Assembly (NCBI GenBank): GCA_965219535.1
Contig: CBDCNV010000002.1
Location: 1,770,001 to 1,802,000, forward strand
Length of the DNA stretch: 32,000 bases
Direction of reading: 5' to 3'
Source: Opitutales bacterium
GTDB taxonomy: Bacteria; Verrucomicrobiota; Verrucomicrobiia; Opitutales; PNEW01
Part shown: in pieces, positions 19,501 through 29,380 of the stretch
Position numbering within the stretch: position 1 is the stretch's first letter
How the letters are laid out: each line of letters begins with the position of its first letter
Program-made: the position numbers and the translations under genes
The notes under the pieces: generated by a model
Databases searched by the model: none
What the model saw: only the letters and a program-made list of their open reading frames with translations
What the model was told of the DNA's origin: nothing

Positions 19501-19538
19501 ATTTTTCCTTATTTTATTTTAGTTTATTTCTTTCAGGT

Positions 19539-20717
19539 TCAGTGTGTTATCTTTAAGAAAGTGCGTTTTCCGCTTTGAATGACAATTTCAGTTTCAGGTC
19601 TAGGGACTGATGCGTTTGGATCCTGACAGCGGTTGCCATCAATTTTTACGGCGCCCTGCTCGACCAACCGGCGTGCTTCTTTTTTACTGGGGAAGAGTTT
19701 CGTTGTCCCGAGTAGATCGATAAGTCGCGAAGCTTCGCCCTCGGCTAATGAAGACCATGAAAAAGAAGGCATCTCATCGGGTGTTTTTCCTCCGCTGAAT
19801 ACATTCTCAAACTGGTTGAGCTCATTCTCAGCAATCTCTTTATTGTGAATTTTAGCGGTCAAATGTCGGGCCAGTTCTTTTTTTGCGTCCATGGGGTGCC
19901 CCTGCTTACGATCCTCAATTTGACCGTCATCGGCATTGAGTAATAATCGATAGTAATCCCACATTACATTATCATCGACAGACATCACTTTGCCAAATAT
20001 CTCCTTTGGGGTGTCGTTAAAGGCAATGTAATTGTCTGCACTTTTAGACATTTTCTTTTTGCCGTCGAGGCCCACGAGCAGTGGCATAGTGAGGACAATT
20101 TGCTCCTGCTTTTTTGCGTCTTTTTGTATTGTTCGTCCCACGAGCATATTAAAAAGCTGATCCGTTCCGCCAATCTCTACGTCCGAATCGAGAACCAGGG
20201 AGTCGTATCCCTGAACGAGCGGGTATAGAAATTCTACAATCGAAATGGGAGTATTTTCCCTGTATCTTTTTGCAAAGTCGTCGCGTTCCATCATGCGCGC
20301 TACCGTCATCTTTCGTGTCAGACGCAGTGTATCTTCGAAACTCATGTCTCCAAACCATTCGCTGTTGTAGCGTACGCTGGTATTTTTTTTATCGAGGACC
20401 TTGAATGCCTGTTGCAAATAAGTTTCAGAATTTTTTTTAATTTCATCCTTTGTAATTACTGGTCGCAGCACGGATTGACCGGAGGGATCGCCGATAAGGG
20501 CGGTATAGTCGCCAATAATTAAAATGGCTTCGTGACCGAGATCCTGAAATTGGCGCAGCTTGTTAAACACGACCCAGTGACCGAAGGTGAGGTCAGGCCG
20601 AGTAGGATCGACACCCAGCTTGACACGTAGTGCACGTTTTTCCTTGAGCCGTTTGGCCAGATCATCATCGGTGATAAGCTGATCGGTATTAAGCTTGATT
20701 AAATCCAGGGCACTCAT
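19539..20717 (-). CDS. tyrS: Tyrosine--tRNA ligase (type 2, with C-terminal S4-like domain)
   Basis: GDYTALIGDPSG, KMSKS loop (GKKKMSKS) and a C-terminal S4-like EARRLVEQGAVKIDG. I prefer the ATG at 20717 (MSALDLIKL...) to the TTG at 20738. Confidence 0.92.
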   Translation of the reverse strand: MSALDLIKLNTDQLITDDDLAKRLKEKRALRVKLGVDPTRPDLTFGHWVVFNKLRQFQDLGHEAILIIGDYTALIGDPSGQSVLRPVITKDEIKKNSETYLQQAFKVLDKKNTSVRYNSEWFGDMSFEDTLRLTRKMTVARMMERDDFAKRYRENTPISIVEFLYPLVQGYDSLVLDSDVEIGGTDQLFNMLVGRTIQKDAKKQEQIVLTMPLLVGLDGKKKMSKSADNYIAFNDTPKEIFGKVMSVDDNVMWDYYRLLLNADDGQIEDRKQGHPMDAKKELARHLTAKIHNKEIAENELNQFENVFSGGKTPDEMPSFSWSSLAEGEASRLIDLLGTTKLFPSKKEARRLVEQGAVKIDGNRCQDPNASVPRPETEIVIQSGKRTFLKITH

Positions 20718-20939
20718 GACAGGAAGGTTAACACACAAGAGGGAGCTTAACCCAAGGAAACACCCCTATGTTAAATAAATGAATTAAATCCAAGGAATTA
20801 TAAAAACTAATCGAGAATCCGGGTGTTAAAATTTTATCAGTAGTCACGATTCGGTTTCTTCTTGCTTATTTATTGCTCCTGTCTCAAAAGATTAAAGCTC
20901 ATACACTAAGCTAACAAAAACAAGATAAAGCAATTAAAA

Positions 20940-21413
20940 ATGGCACTTGAAAAAGGACAAAAAGCACCGGATTTTACTTTAAAATCTAAAAACGCAGAAG
21001 GACTGGACGACGTTAAGTTGAGTAATAATTATGGTAATAAGAACACCGTGCTCCTCTTCTTTCCACTCGCATTCACCGACGTATGCCGGGACGAGATGTG
21101 TTCGGTCAGTGAGGGGATTGGCGAATACGAATCCCTTGACGCCAATGTTTATGGGATCAGCGTCGACAGCCCCTTTTCCCAGGAAGGCTGGGCCCAGGTA
21201 AACAAAATTACGATCCCACTTTTAAGTGATTTTAATAAAGAAGTTTGTGCGGCCTACGATGTTATTTATGAAGATCTCCTGGGATTTAAGGGAGTGGCTA
21301 AACGTTCCGCTTTCGTTGTTAATAAGGATGGCGACATCGTCTACAGTTGGTCGAGTGACGACCCTCATAATCTTCCGCCATTTGATGAAATAAAAGCAGC
21401 GCTATCTGCTTAA
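20940..21413 (+). CDS. Peroxiredoxin (AhpE-like / redoxin family)
   Basis: Peroxidatic-Cys motif LFFPLAFTDVCRDEMC in a thioredoxin-fold-sized protein of 157 aa. Confidence 0.85.
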   Translation: MALEKGQKAPDFTLKSKNAEGLDDVKLSNNYGNKNTVLLFFPLAFTDVCRDEMCSVSEGIGEYESLDANVYGISVDSPFSQEGWAQVNKITIPLLSDFNKEVCAAYDVIYEDLLGFKGVAKRSAFVVNKDGDIVYSWSSDDPHNLPPFDEIKAALSA

Positions 21414-21499
21414 TCATAGAAAAATCCCTCGTGCTCATGAGTTTCTTTATTGGGAACATTTATGTTTATTTCACTGTATTATAAATAGGTGAAGAGACG

Positions 21500-24247
21500 A
21501 TGAGCGCATTACCTAATCCATTTAATTCTTTAAAATCTTTTAAAGGAGGAAAGGCTGAAAAGGGGTGCATCTATTCGCTTCCCGCTTTGGAAGAAGCCGG
21601 GTTGGGAAAAATTTCAAGATTACCGGTTTGTCTGCGTATTGTCTTGGAGTCGGTCTTGCGCAATTGCGATGGGAAAAATATAAAAGAAAAAGATATTGAA
21701 ACTTTAGCAGGTTGGAATCCATCGCAACCGGCAGCGGTTGAAATACCGTTTACTGTTTCGCGCATCGTCTTACAGGATTTTACGGGAGTTCCACTGCTTG
21801 TTGATCTCGCCGCGATGCGCGACACGGTTAAAGCGCTGGGCCGTGATCCTAATCTTATTGAACCGCTGGTTCCGGTAGATCTGGTAATCGATCACTCGGT
21901 ACAAGTTGATCGTTCGGGGACGGCACAATCTTTTCTCGATAACTTAAACATCGAGTTTGAGCGAAATCGCGAACGTTACCGGTTTTTAAAATGGGGACAG
22001 CAAGCCTTTAAAACCTTTAGTGTTGTTCCTCCATCGATCGGTATAGTGCATCAAGTCAATCTCGAATATCTGGCGCGTCTCGTCTTTGAACTTGAAACCG
22101 GTGATGAGATTTTGTATTTCCCCGATACACTCGTCGGTACCGATTCGCATACGACGATGATTAATGGACTGGGGATTGTCGGTTGGGGTGTAGGTGGAAT
22201 CGAGGCGGAAGCGGGCATGCTCGGTCAACCCATTTCAATCCTTACACCTGAAGTAATCGGTGTTCATTTATCAGGGTCCTTATTGGAAGGTGTTACCGCG
22301 ACCGATCTTACCCTTCGTATCACAGAAATGTTGCGCAATGAAAAAGTGGTCGGCAAATTTATCGAATTTTTTGGCGAGGGCGCAAGTAATCTGGGCGTAG
22401 CGGACCGCGCGACAATAGCCAATATGGCCCCAGAATATGGGGCGACAATCGGGTTTTTTCCCGTTGATGATAAAACATTGGATTATCTGCGCATTACCGG
22501 TCGTAGCGATGAACAGATTGAACTGGTAAAAACTTTCTATGAAGCGCAGCAATTATTTGGAATCCCCCGTTTAGGAGAGATCGACTATACTAAAGTAATC
22601 GAACTGGATCTGCATTCAGTAAAGCCCTGCGTCGCAGGACCTAAACGTCCACAGGATAGAATCGAACTTCCGGAGTTGAAAAAAACTTTTACTGATTTAT
22701 TGACGCGTGATAAAAATGAAGGCGGTTACGGGTTAGCTCGTGATGCTTTATCTACCAGCGTTCCCATTAACGACTGGCGCGGATATGGGAATGGCAAGGA
22801 TGAAGTGGTGAAAAATTGTGAAGTCGGTCAGGGGTCAGTTTTAATCGCCGCCATCACCAGTTGTACCAATACGAGCAACCCCAGTGTTATGATCGCCGCT
22901 GGCCTGCTCGCAAAGCATGCCGTGGAACGAGGTTTGAGTATTGACCCCACAGTCAAGACCAGTCTTGCACCTGGGTCTCGCGTAGTAACGGATTACCTCA
23001 ATGAAACGGGATTGCAGACCTATCTTGACCAGCTCGGTTTTAATCTTGTCGGCTATGGTTGTACCACCTGCATCGGTAATAGTGGTCCACTCGATGCACC
23101 CATAGACGCGGCGATAAAGGACGGCGACCTGATTACAGCAAGCGTGCTTTCAGGGAATAGAAATTTCGAAGCAAGAGTCCATTCATCGGTTAAGGCTAAT
23201 TTTTTAATGTCCCCACCACTTGTCGTTGCTTATGCCCTAGCGGGTCGGGTTGATATCGATCTCTCTACCGAGCCGCTCGGTGAGGATAAAGAGGGGGCCC
23301 CGGTGTTTTTGAAAGACCTGTGGCCAACTCAGGAAGATATTCAAAAGAATATTACGGCTGGCCTGAAGCCGTCTATGTTTAGAGAAAAGTATTCACACAT
23401 ACTGGATGCCAATCCGCAGTGGGACGAAATTGAAGTAACAGGGGGGAACCTCTACAGCTGGGATAATGACAGTACCTATATTCAACCCCCACCATTTTTC
23501 GAAAATTTTGGAATTGAACCCGGGAAGATAGAATCTCTCCATGAGATGCGTCCTTTAGCCATCGTTGGCGATTCCGTTACGACCGATCACATATCACCTG
23601 CGGGTTCTATTTCTAAAGATAGTCCTGCCGGAAAATTTCTACTAGCTAAGGGTGTTGAAACTGCGCAGTTTAACTCTTTTGGTTCACGTCGCGGTAATGA
23701 TCGTGTTATGACCCGTGGTACTTTTGGCAATGTCCGCTTCAGAAATCTACTGGCTGATGGAAAAGAAGGAGGCTACACGAAACTCATGCCCGAGGGTGAA
23801 GTCATGCCTATCTATGACGCCTGCCAATTATATGCGGAGCGTAAAAATCCTTTAATCATATTTGCGGGCAATGATTACGGGATGGGCAGTTCACGAGACT
23901 GGGCGGCAAAAGGCGCGCTGTTACTGGGTGTCAAGGCAGTTGTAGCGAGTAGTTTTGAACGCATCCATCGCAGTAATCTCATTGGGATGGGAGTTCTTCC
24001 CTTGGAATTTAAAGCAGGTGATAATGTTTCCAGTTTAAAACTACGGGGAACAGAAACTTTTTCTCTTCCTGATCTCGATGACAATTTGCAACCGAGTCAG
24101 GATCTTGCGCTTCATATTAAACGTGAAGAGGGTAGGACTGAAATAGTTTCGGTAATTGTACGAATCGATACTTTAGGTGAAATAGAATTTTATCGACACG
24201 GCGGTATTCTTCAATATGTATTAAGGGATATCGTTCAGTCTTCTTAA
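21500..24247 (+). CDS. acnA: Aconitate hydratase A
   Basis: 915 aa with [16 protein letters not shown], Fe-S ligand regions ([20 protein letters not shown]) and a C-terminal swivel-domain motif ([14 protein letters not shown]). Confidence 0.95.
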   Translation: MSALPNPFNSLKSFKGGKAEKGCIYSLPALEEAGLGKISRLPVCLRIVLESVLRNCDGKNIKEKDIETLAGWNPSQPAAVEIPFTVSRIVLQDFTGVPLLVDLAAMRDTVKALGRDPNLIEPLVPVDLVIDHSVQVDRSGTAQSFLDNLNIEFERNRERYRFLKWGQQAFKTFSVVPPSIGIVHQVNLEYLARLVFELETGDEILYFPDTLVGTDSHTTMINGLGIVGWGVGGIEAEAGMLGQPISILTPEVIGVHLSGSLLEGVTATDLTLRITEMLRNEKVVGKFIEFFGEGASNLGVADRATIANMAPEYGATIGFFPVDDKTLDYLRITGRSDEQIELVKTFYEAQQLFGIPRLGEIDYTKVIELDLHSVKPCVAGPKRPQDRIELPELKKTFTDLLTRDKNEGGYGLARDALSTSVPINDWRGYGNGKDEVVKNCEVGQGSVLIAAITSCTNTSNPSVMIAAGLLAKHAVERGLSIDPTVKTSLAPGSRVVTDYLNETGLQTYLDQLGFNLVGYGCTTCIGNSGPLDAPIDAAIKDGDLITASVLSGNRNFEARVHSSVKANFLMSPPLVVAYALAGRVDIDLSTEPLGEDKEGAPVFLKDLWPTQEDIQKNITAGLKPSMFREKYSHILDANPQWDEIEVTGGNLYSWDNDSTYIQPPPFFENFGIEPGKIESLHEMRPLAIVGDSVTTDHISPAGSISKDSPAGKFLLAKGVETAQFNSFGSRRGNDRVMTRGTFGNVRFRNLLADGKEGGYTKLMPEGEVMPIYDACQLYAERKNPLIIFAGNDYGMGSSRDWAAKGALLLGVKAVVASSFERIHRSNLIGMGVLPLEFKAGDNVSSLKLRGTETFSLPDLDDNLQPSQDLALHIKREEGRTEIVSVIVRIDTLGEIEFYRHGGILQYVLRDIVQSS

Positions 24248-24263
24248 TAATACCCCATATAAC

Positions 24264-24767
24264 ATGACTGAAAATCCTGAGCCAGTGTTCCAGGTGAATG
24301 CTTACTCTGAACCCGTAGTTTTAAAGATTTCGGGGCGAGTCAGTTACCTTAACGCGCTACCGGTAAATGATTTTTTCAAACGCATGGAGAAACTCGATAA
24401 GCGAAATTTTGTATTAGATTTTGCCAAATGTACATCGATGGACAGCACCTTTCTTGGGATTGTTGTCGGTGCCGCGTTAAGGGTTAGGAAAAAAGATCCA
24501 CCCGGCAGCTTTGTCCTTTGTCGATTAGGCACACGTAATCTCGAGTCGGTGAGAAATTTAGGACTGCACCGCATCGCGAGTGTCGATGCGGGTGACTTTC
24601 CCATGGAATATGAATCATCGGGACAATGCCTGGAAACGTCGAAAAACGGCGAAATTGAAAACGCAAAATTAGTTCTTCAGGCGCACGAAAATCTCATCGA
24701 GATTGATGAAAAGAATAAATCCCGGTTTCAGGATGTAGTCGCGTATTTAAAAAACCAGGTTGAATAG
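24264..24767 (+). CDS. STAS-domain protein (anti-sigma-factor-antagonist-like) with a ~50-aa helical C-terminal extension
   Basis: The pattern VLKISGRV...NFVLDFAKCTSMDSTFLGIVVG matches SpoIIAA/RsbV-like STAS, including the conserved Ser in the DS(T/S) position. It starts 16 nt after the acnA stop. Confidence 0.7.
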   Translation: MTENPEPVFQVNAYSEPVVLKISGRVSYLNALPVNDFFKRMEKLDKRNFVLDFAKCTSMDSTFLGIVVGAALRVRKKDPPGSFVLCRLGTRNLESVRNLGLHRIASVDAGDFPMEYESSGQCLETSKNGEIENAKLVLQAHENLIEIDEKNKSRFQDVVAYLKNQVE

Positions 24768-24794
24768 CATCGCTTCCTGTCATATAGGATTAAA

Positions 24795-26234
24795 ATGATT
24801 CCGTTTGCATTGGGTTTAATCCTCGGTGGGCTTATCGGTTGGATTCTCTACACGATGACCCGACGTGATTATTTACGCGTGGATGTGGAGAAGCAACGAC
24901 TCGCCCAGGAAAAACAGATTGTTCTCGATTTCATGCACCATATGGTAGAGGCGATTGGCGCAGGTGTAACCCGCGATGAACTTTATCAACGTATATTACA
25001 CACCGCGATCTTAAGCACCGGAGCGCTCAGTGCCTGTATTTTCGAAAAAACAGAAGAGAACAAGCTGCGCGGATTAGCGGTGGAAGGCCTTTTCCCCCCG
25101 CAGCGACCGCTTCCGGCAAATGCGCAGAGAAAAATTTCAACTCGCGCCAAATTTATTGAACAGGTGCTGCGTTCGGAAGAATTTGAATTAGGAGAGGGAT
25201 TAATCGGTGCGGTGGCAGTAAGTGGAAAGGGCGAATTTATTCCTGACGCAAGAACTGATTCCCGGGTGATTGTACATGATGATCCATCATTAATTATTCG
25301 CTCGCTGATTCTCGCTCCAATCCTCTACGAGGAGGAAAATATTGGCGTGCTCGTAGTCGCGAATCGGGCTGACGAGAGGTCTTTTAGTGAAACAGATTAT
25401 TCCCTCGCGCTTTCTCTCGCTGAACAATCCGGACTCGCTATTCACAATGCTGATTTAATGAACCTTCAGTTAGAAAAGAACAAACTGGATATGGATATAT
25501 CCTTAGCGAGCAGTATTCAGAGCATGCTCTTGCCAAAGACCTTCCCTCAACAAACGGAATTTGATCTCGATGCGCGCTATTTACCGGCGCAAAAGGTGGG
25601 CGGGGACTTCTATGATATTTTTCCCTTATCAGAGAGCAGAATAGGGGTGGCGATTGCGGACGCCTCAGGAAAGGGGATACCCGCATCTTTATTGATGGCG
25701 ATCTGTCAAAGTAAGTTGCGCTATTTAGCCCGTCAATTTGATTCCCCATCGCGGGTCCTCATAGAAATGAATCGTGATGTCGCGGAAGAAACACGTGAAG
25801 ACATGTTTGTTACACTAATCTATGCTATTGTCGATAGTTCCACGGACGAAATTGTAATCGCACGGGCTGGCCACGAATTACCCATGCACGGTCATGACGA
25901 TACTAAAGATGGATTATATAAAACAACAATGATTGGCTCAGAGGGAATTGCCCTCGGGATGGTAGAACCAGAATTATTTGAGTCCGTTATCGAAGATAAA
26001 ACTATCCCCTTTGTCAGGGATGATATTTTACTTCTCTATACCGATGGAATAACAGAATCCGCCAATTGGGACGGCACGGAATTTTCATCATCACGGTTAG
26101 CTGATTTGCTCAAATCACTGCATGATCTGCCGGCAATTGAACTCAATCAGGGAATACTCGACAGCGTTACCCGGTTTACCGGTTCCGCCGGACAGCGAGA
26201 CGATATTACCCTCGTGACAATAAAACACCGTTAG
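24795..26234 (+). CDS. Membrane-anchored GAF-domain PP2C (SpoIIE/RsbU-type) serine phosphatase
   Basis: N-terminal TM helix (IPFALGLILGGLIGWILY) and a central GAF-like region (GEGLIGAVAVSGKGEFI...APILYEEENIGVLVVANR). PP2C motifs are GGDFYDIF, DASGKGIPASLLM, YTDGITE and DDITLVTIK. Confidence 0.85.
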   Translation: MIPFALGLILGGLIGWILYTMTRRDYLRVDVEKQRLAQEKQIVLDFMHHMVEAIGAGVTRDELYQRILHTAILSTGALSACIFEKTEENKLRGLAVEGLFPPQRPLPANAQRKISTRAKFIEQVLRSEEFELGEGLIGAVAVSGKGEFIPDARTDSRVIVHDDPSLIIRSLILAPILYEEENIGVLVVANRADERSFSETDYSLALSLAEQSGLAIHNADLMNLQLEKNKLDMDISLASSIQSMLLPKTFPQQTEFDLDARYLPAQKVGGDFYDIFPLSESRIGVAIADASGKGIPASLLMAICQSKLRYLARQFDSPSRVLIEMNRDVAEETREDMFVTLIYAIVDSSTDEIVIARAGHELPMHGHDDTKDGLYKTTMIGSEGIALGMVEPELFESVIEDKTIPFVRDDILLLYTDGITESANWDGTEFSSSRLADLLKSLHDLPAIELNQGILDSVTRFTGSAGQRDDITLVTIKHR

Positions 26235-26398
26235 TTATTTCACTGGGAATGAACAGCCAACACTTACTACTTGATCATTTCAGGTAAATTAAGACAATGT
26301 CGTTTTAAATATTCTCCGTTAGTATACGATGTCTATTCCCGAGTACAACAGGTTGAGGAAATAGATGTGAAGGCTGATTGAATGTTATTTATTTAAAC

Positions 26399-27637
26399 AT
26401 GCAGACAACATCTGATATTGATAAAATCTCTCGATTTTCATTGCCTGACAAAGACGGGCATTTTGGGGATTATGGGGGTATTTATGTCCCGGAAACATTG
26501 ATGACCGCCTTGTATGCGTTGCGTGAAGCATATGAAGACGCACGTAAAGACGACGCATTTGAAAATGAATTAGCACTTCATTTGCGTGAATATGCTGGGC
26601 GTGCGACACCCTTGTATCATGCTGAGCGACTGAGTGCGGAACTGGGCGGAGCGAAGATCTATATCAAGCGTGAAGACCTGCTGCATACTGGCGCGCATAA
26701 GATCAATAATGTACTCGGCCAGATACTGCTCGCTCGCCGCATGGGCAAGAAACGTATAATCGCGGAGACCGGTGCCGGACAGCATGGAGTTGCGACCGCT
26801 GCCGCTTGCGCAAAATTTGGACTTGAGTGTGTCATATACATGGGGGCAATCGATATGGAGCGGCAGGCGCTTAACGTTTTCCGTATGCGTCTCTGCGGCG
26901 CCGAGGTCCGCGCGGTAACTGCGGGACAGCAAACGCTTAAAGAAGCCATTAACGAGGCGATCAGGGATTGGGTGACGAATGTGCGAACCTCTCACTATCT
27001 TTTAGGTTCCGCCCTTGGGCCTCACCCTTATCCGATGATTAATCGTGATTTTCAACGCGTCATCGGGCAGGAAACGCGGGAGCAAATACTGGAAAAAGAA
27101 GGACGCCTACCCAACCTGTTGATAGCTTGTGTGGGCGGGGGGAGCAACGCGATCGGATTCTTTTTTGATTTCCTCGAGGATGAGAGTGTAGAATTGATCG
27201 GAATTGAAGCTGGCGGACATGGGTTAAATGCTGGCGAGCACGCAGCCCGTTTTGAGGGTGGAAAGATCGGTATTCTACATGGGTGTAAAACATACGTGCT
27301 TCAAAATCCGGATGGGCAGATCGAACTAACGCATTCCGTCTCCGCAGGTTTAGATTATCCCTCCATCAGTCCGGAGCACGCGTTTTACCGCGATCGAGGG
27401 CGAATCAGTTATGGTTTTGCGACTGATGATGAGGCGCTTGAAGCCTTTCAGCAGCTTTCAAAACATGAAGGTATCATCCCCGCCCTTGAATCGTCCCACG
27501 CCGTAGCTTATGCGCTTAAGCGTGGCCCACAAATGACCTCTAAAGATATCATGATTATAAATATGAGTGGAAGAGGGGATAAAGATGTGGATCAGGCTGA
27601 GAAAATATTATCGGGATCAGAAGAAGGGAAGAGATGA
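26399..27637 (+). CDS. trpB: Tryptophan synthase beta chain
   Basis: [24 protein letters not shown] (PLP lysine) and GGGSNAIG. I prefer the ATG at 26399 to the TTG at 26378. No trpA lies on either side. Confidence 0.93.
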   Translation: MQTTSDIDKISRFSLPDKDGHFGDYGGIYVPETLMTALYALREAYEDARKDDAFENELALHLREYAGRATPLYHAERLSAELGGAKIYIKREDLLHTGAHKINNVLGQILLARRMGKKRIIAETGAGQHGVATAAACAKFGLECVIYMGAIDMERQALNVFRMRLCGAEVRAVTAGQQTLKEAINEAIRDWVTNVRTSHYLLGSALGPHPYPMINRDFQRVIGQETREQILEKEGRLPNLLIACVGGGSNAIGFFFDFLEDESVELIGIEAGGHGLNAGEHAARFEGGKIGILHGCKTYVLQNPDGQIELTHSVSAGLDYPSISPEHAFYRDRGRISYGFATDDEALEAFQQLSKHEGIIPALESSHAVAYALKRGPQMTSKDIMIINMSGRGDKDVDQAEKILSGSEEGKR

Positions 27638-28506
27638 ACAGTATGACCGGTTTTGGTCGTGGTTCCGCGGCTAACGATCAACTGGAAATCGTTGTCGAGT
27701 TAACATCAGTTAACCGGCGAAACTTTGAAATAGCCGCTTCACTGCCTAAAGAATGGCAGTGTCTTGAACATAAGCTATCACATTTTTTGCGCCAATCATT
27801 GAGGCGTGGGCGGGTTAATATTGTCGTGCAAGTTCAAAATATTCTCGCGGGCGACGCGCTGTCATGGGATGAAGATTCGGTAAAAGCGACATTAAAAAAA
27901 CTTGAAAGTCTTGCCGAAAAATCGGGTGCGTCATTCGATCTGGACACCCGTGTGCTTTTCGACGTCGCTCGCTCGCATTTGATAAGACCGGAGTTACCGA
28001 ATGCGGAGGACGGCTGGCATCTGATAGAAAAAGCTTTGTCTAAGGCAGTTGATAAATTATGCGCGATGCGGTATGAGGAGGGGGCTGTTCTCGCCACAGA
28101 TTGTGAAATGCGAATGGGTATAATTAATACCTCAATAGATGAGATATGCGCACTCTCATGTGAAGGGGTTCAGGATTATCGTGAAGCACTCATGAAGCGG
28201 TTGAAACAAGCGAACCTAGATTTGGACTTGAATGACGAACGCGTGCTCAAGGAAATCGCTCTTTTTGCCGATCGCAGTGATATCTCCGAGGAAATAACGC
28301 GTTTGAAAAGCCATCTATCTCAATTTCAACAAACGATAGGTGGTGACGAATTAATCGGGCGAAAACTGGAATTTATTCTTCAAGAGATCAACCGCGAGGT
28401 CAACACGATCGCGAGCAAAGCGAACCAAACAGAAATTATTAACCGCGTCCTTAACTGTAAAAACGAAATAGAACGCATTCGTGAGCAGTTACAGAATGTG
28501 GAGTAA
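27634..28506 (+). CDS. yicC: YicC family stress-induced protein (endoribonuclease YicC-like)
   Basis: N-terminal [10 protein letters not shown] plus a C-terminal [12 protein letters not shown] and [18 protein letters not shown] block (YicC_N / DUF1732 pattern). The ATG overlaps the trpB stop (ATGA). Confidence 0.88.
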   Translation: MNSMTGFGRGSAANDQLEIVVELTSVNRRNFEIAASLPKEWQCLEHKLSHFLRQSLRRGRVNIVVQVQNILAGDALSWDEDSVKATLKKLESLAEKSGASFDLDTRVLFDVARSHLIRPELPNAEDGWHLIEKALSKAVDKLCAMRYEEGAVLATDCEMRMGIINTSIDEICALSCEGVQDYREALMKRLKQANLDLDLNDERVLKEIALFADRSDISEEITRLKSHLSQFQQTIGGDELIGRKLEFILQEINREVNTIASKANQTEIINRVLNCKNEIERIREQLQNVE

Positions 28507-28511
28507 CGCGC

Positions 28512-29195
28512 CTAACGAAGCTTTCCAACCAAACCAGTTTTCCAGAAGAGGTTCTCGAAGCTTTTCCTGGCAACCTTTTCCACAATCTGTTCCGGGCTGG
28601 ATAGCATGCCGACAAATACGAATTTATTCACCATGAGATAATATTCATAGTATTTAGTTTTATTACCCGTTCCTGGTTCGCCAATCGTATAAATGACAAC
28701 TCGGTTAAGTTTACCCAAGGGCCATCTTGATTGCTTCGTCGGGCGGTAATAACCATCGTCATTTAAAAATTCTATATTACCTATGTGTATTTTCTTTAAC
28801 CCTTCGATATAACCCTTAATTTCTGCCGATCCGATATTCGGCATGAAGTCACTTTTCAAATAGAGACTCATGGAAAATGTCGTTTGAGGATTACCCCGGA
28901 AGTAATAACTGATCGAATTTTTCGGATCGTTTTTCCGGGACCAGTGCTTGGGTTTTTTCATTTCTATACCAAAATAGGGTGTAGAAACGTAATAGAGTTC
29001 AATTATATCTCCATCGGCATCGAAGCTGCGAATTTTAACTTCGAAGGGGACATGGGGCTTTGCCGGTTTTATATATATCGGTCCTTTATAGGGTTCCTCC
29101 TTTTCAACCTGGGCTTGAGCAATGAGCGACAGGGAAAGAAATACAATTATTAATGGGGTAAATAAAACGAGGCGTGTGAGCAAAGCAGCTTTCAT
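28512..29195 (-). CDS. Hypothetical secreted protein (227 aa)
   Basis: Signal-peptide-like N-terminus MKAALLTRLVLFTPLIIVFLSLSLIAQA/QVEKE. The mature part is Tyr/Lys/Phe-rich and I recognise no motif. Confidence 0.6.
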   Translation of the reverse strand: MKAALLTRLVLFTPLIIVFLSLSLIAQAQVEKEEPYKGPIYIKPAKPHVPFEVKIRSFDADGDIIELYYVSTPYFGIEMKKPKHWSRKNDPKNSISYYFRGNPQTTFSMSLYLKSDFMPNIGSAEIKGYIEGLKKIHIGNIEFLNDDGYYRPTKQSRWPLGKLNRVVIYTIGEPGTGNKTKYYEYYLMVNKFVFVGMLSSPEQIVEKVARKSFENLFWKTGLVGKLR

Positions 29196-29299
29196 TTCAG
29201 TCTATATTATTTCAGTTTAATCCCTCATATGTCAATAATGGATAAGGGCATAAGAAATTGATTCACTAACGTAAACAGGTGGGGTAAATTAATAAAGGC

Positions 29300-29336
29300 C
29301 AGGATAAGAGAGCAGTACATAATGCCCCTCATCCTG
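29300..29336 (-). terminator. Candidate terminator hairpin after the PilX-like gene
   Basis: On the minus-strand RNA, CAGGAUGAGGG pairs with CUCUUAUCCUG (11 bp, two G-U pairs, 15-nt loop), followed by GCCUUUAUUAAUUU. The wobble pairs form only in the minus-strand sense, which matches the gene orientation. It lies 44 nt past the stop. Confidence 0.4.
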
Positions 29337-29380
29337 ACCCTAATTAAATGTTTAAAGTATTTAAATAATAACGCTGACAA

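Noticed and set aside
20718-20939. Possible T-box or other leader RNA upstream of tyrS.
   Set aside because: In the minus-strand sense I could find no T-box core (…GGGTGGTACCGCG…), no specifier-loop/antiterminator arrangement and no terminator hairpin with a U-tract. Only short, trivial stems such as GGTTAA/TTAACC are present.
26235-26398. Possible trp attenuator or leader peptide upstream of trpB.
   Set aside because: The only mini-ORFs (MSF*, MSIPEYNRLRK*) contain no Trp codons, and I found no alternative hairpins followed by a T-run.
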